A stretch of 64,000 nt of DNA from Octopus vulgaris (taxonomy: Eukaryota), in contig OX597824.1 of NCBI GenBank assembly GCA_951406725.2, forward strand, positions 91,202,001 to 91,266,000, in the 5' to 3' direction. A program made the position numbers and the translations under genes. Below the pieces are notes generated by a model. The model saw only the letters and a list, made by a program, of their open reading frames with translations, ran no database searches and was not told the origin of the DNA. This document shows, piece after piece, positions 14,027 through 25,669 of this stretch; position 1 is the first letter of the stretch; the number at the start of each line of letters is the position of its first letter.

Positions 14027-14794
14027 ACATCTAAGTGCTGGAAAAAAGAGAGGCCTATTCACAGTTTGATATTAAGAAGGAATAAATAAGTAAATAGTTG
14101 AATGTAAAACGGTGTGAAACAGAATAAATACTCGCTGCACTAAAATACATATTGACTTATTATTCTCGGCTTGAAAAAAAAAAGGGAGAAAGGAAAAGGA
14201 AAAGAAGTAGTTCAAAATCTCTTTATATTTTGATTTGTTTGTTTGTATTCGCTGCGGTCCTTCACTTGAGAACTGTGCCAACAGAGGGAGTCATTTTCTC
14301 GTTGAAGTCTTGTTATCGTTTTTCATTTGTTCTCCGCTTCTCAGATCCCTTTTAAGCCATGAATGCAATTTCCTTCCTTTTTCATCCTTCCGAAATCGAT
14401 AAAGTAAAATACCCGTGAAGCACAGATGTTGAGTTAATCGATTATTCAGTACCCCACCCCGCCCCGCCCCTCCCGCAAAACTTTTTGGCCTGGTGCATGT
14501 ACAGTACCGGACCTCATATCCGGCTTTCGGAAGTTCGGAAACTCCCTGAAATCCGGAAATACCGTGCATCTTTTCGAAGATGGCTAATTGGCATAGCTTT
14601 TATCTTTTACTTGTTTCACTCATTTGACTGCGGCCACGCTGGGGCACCGAGTTGAAGGATTTTAGTCGAACAAATCCACCATAGGGAATTTTTTTCGTTC
14701 CGGTTGTTTGAAGGCTAGTACTTATTCTATCGGTTTTTTGTTGAACCGCTCAGTTACAAGGACGTAAACACACTCTAAATAAGTGAAAATATCC

Positions 14795-15124
14795 CAATGA
14801 CTGTGTGGTTAGGGAACTCGCTTATAACTAAATGGTTCCGGGTTCAGTCCCACGACATGGCACCTTGGGCGAGAGTCTTGTACTATAGACCCGGGCCGAC
14901 CTATGCTTTGTGAGTGAATTTAATAGACGAAAACTGTGTGGAAACCCGTCGTATATATATATGTATATGTGTGTGTGTGTGTGTATTCTTTTTTATGTGT
15001 ATAAACAAGCCACCAACAATTGCCAAGTGGTGGGGTGAGAGGACAAACACAGTGAAACACATACACACACAGACACACACACAGACACATACACATACAC
15101 ACACACACAAGCACACACACATAT

Positions 15125-15155
<31 letters not shown>

Positions 15156-15322
15156 TGCACACACATGTCCTTTAACTCAACTGCTCGGCAAAAGTGACCG
15201 ATAGAATAAGTACCACACTTAATAAAAACTGAAGTAGGGTCGATTTGATCGACTGAAACCTTTCAAGGCTGTGCTACAGCTTGGCCGCAGTCCAATGACA
15301 AAAACCAGCAAAAATAAAAGAG
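14795..15322 (+). mobile_element. SINE family B, diverged
   Basis: Head, CORE-like segment and tail recognisable; a 3' fragment lies on the minus strand at 14600-14772. Confidence 0.7.
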
Positions 15323-15848
15323 CAGAATATCCTTGTTCCAAAAGAATTCCTTTATTTACGCATTGGCTCTATGATTCATTTCCAAAGTGTTTCTATCAGC
15401 TTTCTAAAATTTTGTTTTTAATTTCACTATATGATCGCCATGTCCGTCTCTGCTACTTAACATACCAATTTAATTATGTTTTCTTATTTCATTACGACGG
15501 ATTAGGCTCAGATATCTAAGATATCTCAATTGTTATGTCATAATATATCTCACAGCATGAAACCAATTAAAATTGACGAAATGTCTGCTGGACAATTCGC
15601 CAACCCTTTATATCAGTAATGGCGAATCTATGACACGTGTCACAAGTGACACGTCGCGTGGTTTTAGGTGATGCACGATAAACTTAAAAAAGAAAAAAAA
15701 AAAAAAAGGAAAAAAAAATCCCTTCCTGCCATGCCATGTTATTAAAAAAAAACAACTTATCTCCAAGAATTTATCAGAAACTAAAATATTTGTATAAGGT
15801 GGCGAGCTGGAAGAATCGTTCGCACATCGGATAAATAGATTTATAGAT

Positions 15849-16225
15849 AAACAAGAGCACCCAGAGAGCGCAAATCTCCGCCAAGGCAACACCAACGTCC
15901 TCTCAACGATTAGTCAGAGATGGTTTTTAAAATGGGAATATCTGAAATAAACTCGACTGTTCTCTCAAACGAGAATACTAAAAATGAACCCGACCGATCT
16001 CAAAAATAAGGGGAAAAAAACAGGAAAAATAATTCAGAATCCTTGCCCGATATCGGATCGATCCCAAAATAAAATCAGCTCGTGCCAGTCAAAGGGCCAA
16101 ACATCTCTGAAATTTTCATCCGAATTCATCCAGCGGTTCTTGAAAAATCTTGTTTACGGACAAACAGACAAACAAACACAACTGAAAAAACAATACCTCC
16201 GCCTTCGCTCAGGTGGAGGTAATAA
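15849..16225 (-). mobile_element. Helentron-associated non-autonomous element (HINE/DINE-1-like)
   Basis: Minus strand: 5' ATTACCTCCACC..GGCGGAGGTATT inverted repeat, GTTT/GTCT microsatellite, 3' GGCGGAG subTIR followed by a stem-loop (GCGCTC..GGGTGC) and TT. Confidence 0.7.
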
Positions 16226-16239
16226 CATAACATAACAGA

Positions 16240-16998
16240 AGGCAACGAGATGGCAGAATGGTTAGCATGCCGGGCGAAATGCTTAGCAGTATTTCGTCTG
16301 CCGCTACGTTCTGAGTTCAAATTCCGCCGAGGTCGACTTTGCCTTTCATCCTTTCGGGGTCGATTAAATAAATACCAGTTACGCACTGGGATCGATATAA
16401 TCGACGTAATCCGTTTGTCTGTCCTTGTTTGTCCTCTCTGTGTTTAGCTCCTTGTGGGTAGTAAAGATTTAGGTATTTCGTCTGCCGTTACTTTCTTGGT
16501 TCAAATGCTGCCAAGGTCAACTTTGCCTTTCATCCTTTCGGGGTCGATTAAATGTAATCCACTTAATCCGTTCGTCTGTCCTTGTTTGTCCTCTCTGTGT
16601 TTAGCCCCTTGTGGGTAGTAAAGAAATAGGTATTTCGTCTGCCACTACGTTCTGAGTTCAAATGCCGCCGGGGTCGACTTTGCCTTTCATCCTTTCGGGG
16701 TCAATTGAATAAGTACCAGTTACGCACTGGGATCGATATAATCGACGTAATCCGTTTGTCTGTCCTTGTTTGTCCTCTCTGTGTTTAGCTCCTTGTGGGT
16801 AGTAAAGATTTAGGTATTTCGTCTGCCGTTACTTTCTTGGTTCAAATGCTGCCGAGGTCAACTTTGCCTTTCATCCTTTCGGGGTCGATTAAATAAGTAC
16901 CAGTTACGCACTGGGGATCGATGTAATCCACTTAATCCGTTTGTCTGTCCTTGTTTGTCCCCTCTACGTTTAGCCCCCTGTGGGCAATAAAGAAATAA
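16240..16998 (+). mobile_element. SINE family C, one head plus four tandem ~184-bp units (ABAB)
   Basis: TATTTCGTCTG recurs at 16290, 16474, 16631 and 16815; unit 2 has a ~27-bp deletion; CATAACATAAC lies near both flanks. Confidence 0.9.
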
Positions 16999-17687
16999 AT
17001 AGCATAACATAACCTTTAACGGTGTTTCTTCCGGCCATCTACAGGCCCGTCCCCAGACTTTAGTGCATAGAGATGCTTCAAAATATACTGGGTAGCCCTT
17101 AATTTCTGAATCCGGAGGGTACACCACTGAATATTTAAAAGACAGTGCTGCCCAGTGCCCACCCCCACTTAGCGACGATTATGTTAGTCAGGCATCAAGA
17201 AATGTATTGCAGGCTGGGATTTTTGCAAACTGTTTTTTCTAAATGTGAGGGTACACCATTGAACAGTTAGAGGGAAGTGCCGTCCTGTATCCCCCGCTTA
17301 GCGACGGTCACCGTTCTTTACGGTATAAGTTGAAACCCTGCCGAGGAATTGAACCCGAAACCATGTTGTTGTAAACGGTCATGCTTGTGTCTTATTTTTA
17401 AAAAATGCGGCTCCTTCAACGTTTGTATTGTTACTTGCAGGTATATTGCACCTGAGGACATTGGAAGGCTTCCAGAAAACCAGATCTACATCAACTGTAC
17501 GAGTTACTACTCAGCTGCTACATGTTAGCAAAATCTACCCGGATATTTGCTGCTTGTCTCCCACCTTCTTTACTTCTCATCAATTTCTCTCTCTCTCTTT
17601 CTCTCTTTCTTTCTCTCTCCCTCTCTCTTCTCTCTCTCCGTCTCTTTCCCTCCCACTTTCTCCCTTTCGTCTCACTATCTCTCTCTC

Positions 17688-17719
<32 letters not shown>

Positions 17720-17746
17720 ATCCATCCCTGTTTCTTCTCTCCTTTA

Positions 17747-17807
<61 letters not shown>

Positions 17808-18304
17808 CTATCCATCCATCCCTCTTACTTCTCTCCTTTATCTGTCTCTTTCTCTTCGGGGGTTAAATAATTAATGGAATGATGATGGTGGTAGTGGCGG
17901 TGCTGTAATAGTGATGGTGACGGCGTTGTTGTTGTTGTTGTTGGTAGTGGTGGTGGTGGTGGTGGTGGTGGTGGTGGTCACGGTGATAGCAGTGGTAGTA
18001 GTGTCGGTGGCGGCGGTGCATATTACACACGCTTATTTTCTCTCCGCACCAAAAAAAAGAAAAAGAAAGTTCACAAAAAAGAAAAAAAAGGAAAACAAAT
18101 TACCCCCGGGTACCCTTAGCGAAGTTCTGTCTATATTACATGCTTTAATACCCCCATCAACTTCTCATTTTTTTTTTTTTTTAGTCCTAAATATGCACTG
18201 CTGAAATCCGGGTGCGTCTAACATACCCGTGCGTCTTTCATGCCATCGAATACGGCAATTACAACAGCAAAGACAATAACAGCAACAACAACAACAGAAA
18301 TAAT

Positions 18305-18357
<53 letters not shown>

Positions 18358-18435
18358 AGAGGGAAAAAACGTGACGAAAGGAAATACGAGAGATTCGTGA
18401 AAAACTGAAATATAAATAAATGAATCATTAAACAA

Positions 18436-18467
<32 letters not shown>

Positions 18468-18759
18468 ATAGATAAATAAATAAACAAATAAATAGATAAA
18501 TAACATAAATAACATAAATAAATAAATAACATAAATAAATAAATAAGAAGTTAGTTGTCATTCTTGGCCGCCTCCGCCCCCATTCATAAACACTTGATGA
18601 ATTGTTTAAACTGCCGAGCTATCGAGGAAGCCTTCACAAGGACGGGTGTGAGAGCTGCTAGATTTAAGAGTTAAATCTGTCTTAAAGGAAGGACACATGA
18701 ACAATATGCATGTATGTATGCATGTATGTATTATGTACAGACATACTCTCTCTCTCTCT

Positions 18760-19095
18760 CTCTTTTACTCTTTTACTTGTTTCAGTCATTTGACTGCGGC
18801 CATGCTGGAGCACCGGCTTTAGTCGAGCAAATCGACCCCAGAACTTATTCTTTGTAAGCCCAGTACTTATTCTATCGGTCTCTTTTGCCGAACCGCTATG
18901 TGACGGGGACGTAAACATACCAGCATCGGTTGTCAGGCAATGCTAGGGGGACAAACACAGGCACACAAACACACATATATATATACATATATATATATAT
19001 ACATATATACGACAGTTTCCGTCTACCAAATCCACTCACAAGGCATTGGTCGGCCCGGGGCTATAGCAGAAGACACTTGCCCAAGATGCCACGCC
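18760..19095 (-). mobile_element. SINE family B, head truncated
   Basis: Reverse complement of the family B consensus. Confidence 0.85.
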
Positions 19096-19107
19096 TATAT
19101 ATATATA

Positions 19108-19456
19108 GGCGCAGGAGTGGCTGTGTGGTAAGTAGCTTGCTTACCAACCCCATGGTTCCGGGTTCAGTCCCACTGCGTGGCAACTTGATCAAGTGTCTTC
19201 TACTATAGCCTCGGGCCGACCAAAGCCTTGTGAGTGGATTTGGTAGACGGAAACTGAAATAAACCCGTCGTATATATTTATGTATATCTTTGTGTGTCTG
19301 TGTTTGTCCACCCCAACATCGATTGACAACCGATAGAATAAGTACAAGGCTTACAAAGAGTAAGTCCTGGGGTCGATTTGCTCGACTAAAGGCGGTGCTC
19401 CAGCATGACCGCAGTCATATGACTGAAACAAATAAAATAAGAAAAGAATAAAAGAA
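19108..19456 (+). mobile_element. SINE family B, internal deletion
   Basis: Head to tail match; deletion between two ACCGAT microhomologies. Confidence 0.85.
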
Positions 19457-19472
19457 TAGGCATATATACATA

Positions 19473-19889
19473 CTCTCTATTTTACTCTTTTACTTGTTTT
19501 AGTCAGTTGACTGCGGCCATGCTGGAGCACCGCCTTTAGTCGAGCAACTCGACACCGGGACTTATTCTTTTGTACGCCCAGTACTTATTCTATCGGTCTC
19601 CCTTGCCGAACCGCTAAGTTACGGGGACACAAACACACCAGCATCGGTTGTCAAGCGATGCTAGGGGGACAAACACAGACACACAAACATACACGCACAC
19701 ATATATATATATACATACATATATATGACGGGCCTCTTTCAGTTTCCGTCTACCAAATCCACTCACAAGGCTTTGGTCGGCCCGAGGCTATAGTAGAAGA
19801 CACTTGCCCAAAGTGCCACGCAGTGGGACTGAACCCGGAACCATGTTGTTGGTAAGCAAGCTACTTACCACACAGCCACTCCTGCGCCT
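19473..19889 (-). mobile_element. SINE family B, full length
   Basis: Reverse complement of the family B consensus. Confidence 0.9.
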
Positions 19890-19897
19890 ATGTATAT

Positions 19898-19929
<32 letters not shown>

Positions 19930-20800
19930 CTTGATAATACTAAAACTCTAGAGATGTTTGTGTGTCTTAGAAATAGTATATTTTATCTTAATTGTTTTTG
20001 CACATTTATTTTCATGCTTACCTTCGGCAATGCTGTACAAATGTTTGTGACATTTGGACCTCTATTTATTAATGAAAACGAGTAGACACAATTTTTGTTT
20101 GTTATTTCTTGACAAAAAACATGGCTTCCGTGACATCGACACACATACACACATATAATGAATGTCATGGCGTGTCAATCAACACAAACACACGTCCGCT
20201 ATCTGTGACATATACACACATATAATCTTCTTGACGTACGTAGTATTTTAATCATTTAGAAATATTTCCAACTGAATGATTTAAAAAATGTAGCTTTCTT
20301 TAAACAGACAATATTTTTATGTTTTTCTAAAATTATTTTCGAGTCGTTAATTTCTGTAAGAATTTTTTATTTATTTACTTTTGTTTTTTAAGTGAAAGAT
20401 GTAAGATAACGTATATATGAAAAGGACGTGCGTGTGAAAGAGAGAGAGGGGGGAAGAGAGAGAGAGAAAGAGGGAAAGAGAGAGAGAGAGAGAAAGAGGG
20501 AGGGAGAGAAAGAGAGAGAGAAAAAGAGAGGGAGAGAGAAAGAGAAAAGACAGAGAGAGAGAGAAAGAGAGAGAAAGCGTGAGTGAAGGGGTGTGTTTGC
20601 ATGTATACGTACATACATCACTGCATATGCGTACATCTTTTTTCTATGTACGCGTGCATGTGTGTGAGAGAGAAAGGATGAGAGAGTGAGTGAGTGAATG
20701 TGTGTTCTCATGTATGTGTAAGTGGTACTCTCTCTCTCTCACTCACACACACATAGACGTTCATTTCCTATACACGTTCATACATCTTTCATACATCTTT

Positions 20801-20863
<63 letters not shown>

Positions 20864-20865
<2 letters not shown>

Positions 20866-21025
20866 CAGGTATGGCTGTGTGGTAAGAAGTTTGCTTCCCA
20901 ACCAGATGGTTCTGGGTTCAGTCCCACTGCGTGGCACCTTGGGCTAGTGTCTTTTACTATAGCCTCGGGCCAACCAAAGCATTGAGTTCATTTGGTAGAC
21001 GGAAACTGAAAAGAAGCCTGTCATG
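20864..21025 (+). mobile_element. SINE family B, 5' half
   Basis: Head and CORE-like segment between (TA)n tracts. Confidence 0.8.
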
Positions 21026-21028
21026 TAG

Positions 21029-21062
<34 letters not shown>

Positions 21063-21206
21063 GTATATATGGGTAAAGGACGTCACCAATGGTGCAAATA
21101 ACATGAAATACGTAAAGAATGAGAGAAAAATGGAGAAAAAGACAAATAAACACGGAGAAAGGACCCTTCATCAGTTGTCGGCTGTCTCTCTACTCCCCAT
21201 TTCGAG

Positions 21207-21244
<38 letters not shown>

Positions 21245-22326
21245 TAAATAATATAGGTGGTTCGTCAGCAATTGAAACCTAAAGGTAAATTTAGAAACAA
21301 GGGTTCAAAATAGTAGCAGCATTGCTAGAAACAAGAGTAAAAAATGACACAAAATACCACAAAAAGCACTAATTCAATAAGTTAGAGAAAGAGAGGAAGC
21401 GAGAAATCTCCTTACCGTAGTGAGACAATCTCACACACACATATACATATAGGGTTTTGGGGAGTGTGGAATGACCCTTAACCAGGATTGTTCCCAGTCC
21501 AACTGTGACTCAGTAGCAATTGTTAGGGTGCCAGTGCTAGAAATATTAGCATGTGAACCACTGGAAGTGAAGGACACCTAGCTCATTAGAACTTCTTTAT
21601 AGAAGAAGTCTGATTTAAGAAAAAAATCTCTTATATAAAAACCTGAAATGCAGTTAGCTCCTGAGCGCCACAACCTCTGCTGTGCCGCTGGTTTTGTACC
21701 TGATGATGTTTAAAAGTAGGCTCTGTGATGGTCACTACCTTATCAGAGAGAGAGAGAGAGGGTGGAGGAAGAGAGAGGGAGAGGGAGAGAGGGAGAGAGG
21801 GAGAGAGAGAGAGGGAAATAGGGAGAGAGAGAGAGGGAAAGAGTGAGAGAGAGAGAGACAGACAGACAAACAGACAGACAGACATGTACCAGTATTCGGT
21901 TGGTACATGTTTTCACCTGAGTAGACTGGGGTAACGGGAAACAAAGTGCTTGACCCAAGATCTCAACATGCCGCCAGATCCAGAAATTGAACTTACAACA
22001 TTATGAACACGAGACGAACTCTACTTATATGCATATATATATATATATATAAATAAAACGTGTATGCATGAATGTGGGCGTGTGTGTGTGTGCGTGTGTG
22101 TGTGTGTGTGTGCATGTGTGTGTGTGTGTACACGTGTCTACTGGGACGCGTTTGGTTCAATAACTCTGCGGGATGGGGCCTGATCTGGGATTAAAAAACA
22201 ACAGGAGCTTCACAGCTCCCGGATACCAGCAAATTCTACCCGGATATTTGTAGGGTTCTCTCTCTATCCCCATTAAGCAAACGTATATCATTGGATAATA
22301 TTTTTCTGAGCCCTTAATTTTACGTA

Positions 22327-22358
<32 letters not shown>

Positions 22359-22697
22359 GTAGTAGTAGTAGTAGTAGTAGTAGTGATGGTGGTGGTGGTG
22401 GTGGTGTGGTGGTTATATCAGTAATAGTAATAGCAGCAGCAATATTAATTATATAACAGTTGAAAAACTGAAAAAGGGAAGAAGAAAGTTAGGTGAGACG
22501 CCAGTGTAAATGGGTCATACCTCCCCTCCTCTCCAGAGGTATAGGGTTTCATCTCCCCTGGACGGGTGTGAATTTCATTCCCCCGAGGTCCTTGTTTTGA
22601 AATCTCTCTCTCTTCTCTCTTTTCACATTGGATAGAAGTGACTCACTGCTTGATGCCAATGTTGATGTTCTTGGTGTTGTTGTTGCTTGTTGGGTGT

Positions 22698-22996
22698 GAA
22701 GGTGTGTGGCGCAGTGGTAAGGGCGTTGCTTATAACAATCGCAATATAGTGGTTTCGATTCACGGAATGGGCGGTGCGTTGTGTTCTTGAGCAAAAAAAA
22801 AAAAAGAAAAGAAAAGAAAAAAGAAAAAAACCCACTTCGTATCACGTTGGCTCAGTTCACTCAGCCGTGAATGAATAACCCTGCCCCACTGCAACGGACC
22901 GGTGTCCCGTTCAGCAGGGAATGTTGTGTGACCTGAGGTCATTCATACGTCATAGAAACCAGGCAACCAGCAATATGAGTTCTAGGACTCGAGAGA
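22698..22996 (+). mobile_element. tRNA-derived SINE, additional diverged family
   Basis: A-box TGGCGCAGTGG, B-box GGTTTCGATTC, CORE-like TTGTGTTCTTGAGCAA, then a (GAT)n tract. Confidence 0.6.
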
Positions 22997-23134
22997 GTAA
23001 GGTCCAGGGGTGGATGATGAGGATGAGTATGATGACGACGACGATGATGATGATGATGATGATGATGACGACGACGACGATGACGATGACGATGACGATG
23101 ATGATGATGATGGTGATGATGATGATGATGGCGT

Positions 23135-23528
23135 CAGTGATTCTGCTCTACGATAATGCAAAACCATATTGTTGCAAGAATGACGCTGCAGAAACTCACA
23201 GACTTGGGACATGAGACTTTACCACAAACCTCCATATTCTTCTCATCTTTCACACACTGACTTACCATTTTTTAAAGCATTTAAACACGTTTTTAAGTGA
23301 TAAAACTTTCAAGTCCAAACCAGAGGTGGAATCAGCTTTCAAAGATTTCTTAGCACCAAAGCCAATAAGTTTTTATCAACGCGGCATAAATAATCTCGTT
23401 GATCGATGGTAGAGATGCATCGAAGTTCACAGCTTATACGTTGACTAATCAAAACATTTCTATTGTTAAGTTTCCCAGAATAAAATTATGTTTCTGAAAT
23501 CGGCCATTATTTTCGGAACAAACTAATA
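23135..23528 (+). mobile_element. mariner transposase 3' remnant with terminal repeat
   Basis: With frameshifts: LGHETLP..PPYSSHLSHTDY-HF..FYQRGINNLVDRW*RCIE (YSPDLAPxDY-like motif); ends CATTATTTTCGGAACAAACTAATA then TA. Confidence 0.75.
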
Positions 23529-24360
23529 TAAGCAATTTATCGCACATAATTTTTAGCAAGAAAATCTTATATGCACCCCCAAGGGTCATATAAACCATTA
23601 AGGGCCTTGTGGACCCCAAAAGGTCATATGGGCCCCCGTTGAGAACTGCTGTACTAGACAGTGGTAATGGTGTTAACAATGTTATCTTAATACATTGTCA
23701 CTCTGGGTAGCTGCCCCTGGGCCCTACGCGTCTAAGGGCACCCCCAAAGCATTGCTTTTCCCGGTGGTCTGTATTACTACTAAAACGACCCCAGGTGTTA
23801 ATCCAGTTTATGATTATCCACCGAAATTAAGACTAGCTCCATGACTCAGTAGATCCATAATGAGTGATGTTCCAGCCATGATATATCTGTCTTATTTTCA
23901 AAGACCATAATCCAATGGGGTCTTCCTCCTTTTTTAAGACTATAAGATCAGATCAGGCATGGGCGCATGCGCTGTCGCAGTGTGTCACTGTATCCACCAT
24001 TCGTTGGCGAATATCCTCTACTCTTGGCAGGTGACACGTTTTCACCATTCAGTTGCAACCCTCTAATCTACCCTGTCTTCCAGGGTTTTCCCCCATACGA
24101 CATAACTTACAGGCCGTCGGGGTACTTCCCCGGAAGAGAGAACTTGATGGGGGGTCTGTTTGGGTAGTCGTTGCTGGCGAGGGTTTTAGGAACTCAGAGT
24201 GCAAGTCCTATTTCAACCTCATTTTGTCCCCTTTTACAATATACAGAGAAATCGTTGGAGCTGTTCGTCGTCATGCCAGTCCCCCCAACGCAGTACGGTA
24301 TGGTAAAGACGGTGTAATTTCAGGGCAATTTGGCTGCTATTTCTTTCATTATGACGTCTG

Positions 24361-24680
24361 GAAAAAATGTTTTACTATATTTATACCAACGTATACATGC
24401 CTAATGCTCGAAAAAAGGGTGACAGGGCCATATCCGGGAAGTCTTATTTTTATAGCTTAGGAAGTGAATGGCAGACAGCACCCTTGATTCAGTTTAAGGG
24501 TTTCCGAGATTAATGAGAGGAAGAGAAAAGTTAACTTTAGACTGAAGACCCTGCAACAGAATAAGCTCCATTGAGGAACCCGGCAATGACGTTAACCCGA
24601 AAAACGGATTTTCTATCGCTCAATAAGTGACGTGGTCCTTTGCCCGGGTTTCATACATTTTGCCTTCTACCCACATTTCG
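24361..24680 (+). repeat. Direct repeat copy 1 flanking the tRNA gene
   Basis: Aligns by eye with 25670-26022 (GGGCCATATCCGGGAAGTCTTATTTTTAT; CTCAATAAGTGACGTGGTCCTTTGCCCGG). Confidence 0.85.
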
Positions 24681-25036
24681 CTGGCACCTTCATGAACGTA
24701 TCCTTGTTGGTTTTGACATTATCGTTGACGCTATTGTTATTGTCGTTGTTACTGTGGTCGCGTTTGTTGTTATAATCGTTGGTGATGTTGCTGATGCTGA
24801 TGCTGTTGCTGTGGTTATGTTACTAGCAAACTGGTTTTGCGGTGCTGCGGTGGGAAACACAGAATTGATTAGCTTCTGGCCGATGTGAAAGCAGCAAATG
24901 AAAAGACACCCAGAAAACCTTGCAAAACATAGATCTGTGCACGTGGTTTGTCAAATGGGAATCTCGGAGTATCGGTGGAGTGAAATGTCACCTTTCTGCA
25001 TGTAAATTAAGATCCCTGTGCTGTAGTGTGTAGTTA

Positions 25037-25164
25037 CTAGGTTTGGAACTTCTTCAGAAACGCACCTCTCCAATATCGTTAGGGTTAGAGTTAGGGTTAA
25101 GTTTAGGGCTAGGGTTAGTGTTAGGGTTAATTGGGGAAAATGCATTTCTGAAGAAGCGCCCTAG
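25037..25164. mobile_element. Small MITE-like element enclosing degenerate TTAGGG repeats
   Basis: Inverted repeats CTTCTTCAGAAACGCA / TGCATTTCTGAAGAAG around (TTAGGG)-like units at 25079-25130; CTAG at both ends. Confidence 0.55.
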
Positions 25165-25321
25165 ATTTCATACATTTCAAAATGTTCAATGTTTATAAAT
25201 AAATAAATAAATAATTATAAATAAATAAAAAAATCATAAATAATTAAATAACAGAGATCGATAATTTAATAAGGACATATAAGAAATAATACACCATATT
25301 AACTTCAATGGAACTCTGTGA

Positions 25322-25393
25322 AGCAGAGTGGCGCAGTGGAAGCGTGCTGGGCCCATAACTCAGAGGTCCGTAGATCGAAACTACGCTCTGCTA
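25322..25393 (+). tRNA. tRNA-iMet(CAT): initiator tRNA-Met (CAT)
   Basis: 72-nt AGCAGAGTGGCGCAGTGGAAGCGTGCTGGGCCCATAACTCAGAGGTCCGTAGATCGAAACTACGCTCTGCTA: A1-U72 pair, ATCGAAA T-loop of eukaryotic initiators, CAT anticodon, intact acceptor and T stems. Confidence 0.93.
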
Positions 25394-25405
25394 AGAAATG
25401 GACGC

Positions 25406-25432
25406 TTTTCCTTTTATTTATTTATTTTTTTT
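25406..25432 (+). terminator. Pol III terminator (T runs)
   Basis: TTTT at 25406 and 25412 and a longer T run ending at 25432, starting 13 nt after the tRNA. Confidence 0.7.
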
Positions 25433-25669
25433 ACATATTGTCATTAGGTTTTTTTCAAAATACCAACCTAATGCGTAATAGGGATAGGTACAAATTCTAT
25501 TATTCAATAGAAATTTATACAGGGTCAAGAGGTAATACTGATACTCAAGTAACGGGGTGGGCCACGACTTCAAGAACAACGGATTTGTTGTTGATATTGT
25601 TGTTGATGTTGTTGTTGTTTTTGTTGTTAAGACGAAGTCAGCGAGCTGGAAGAATCGTTACAGCGTTTT

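Noticed and set aside
17451-17528. Acceptor followed by YIAPE, resembling kinase subdomain VIII
   Set aside because: The next residues (DIGRLPENQIYINC) do not fit subdomain IX, a stop follows, and no other kinase exons were found.
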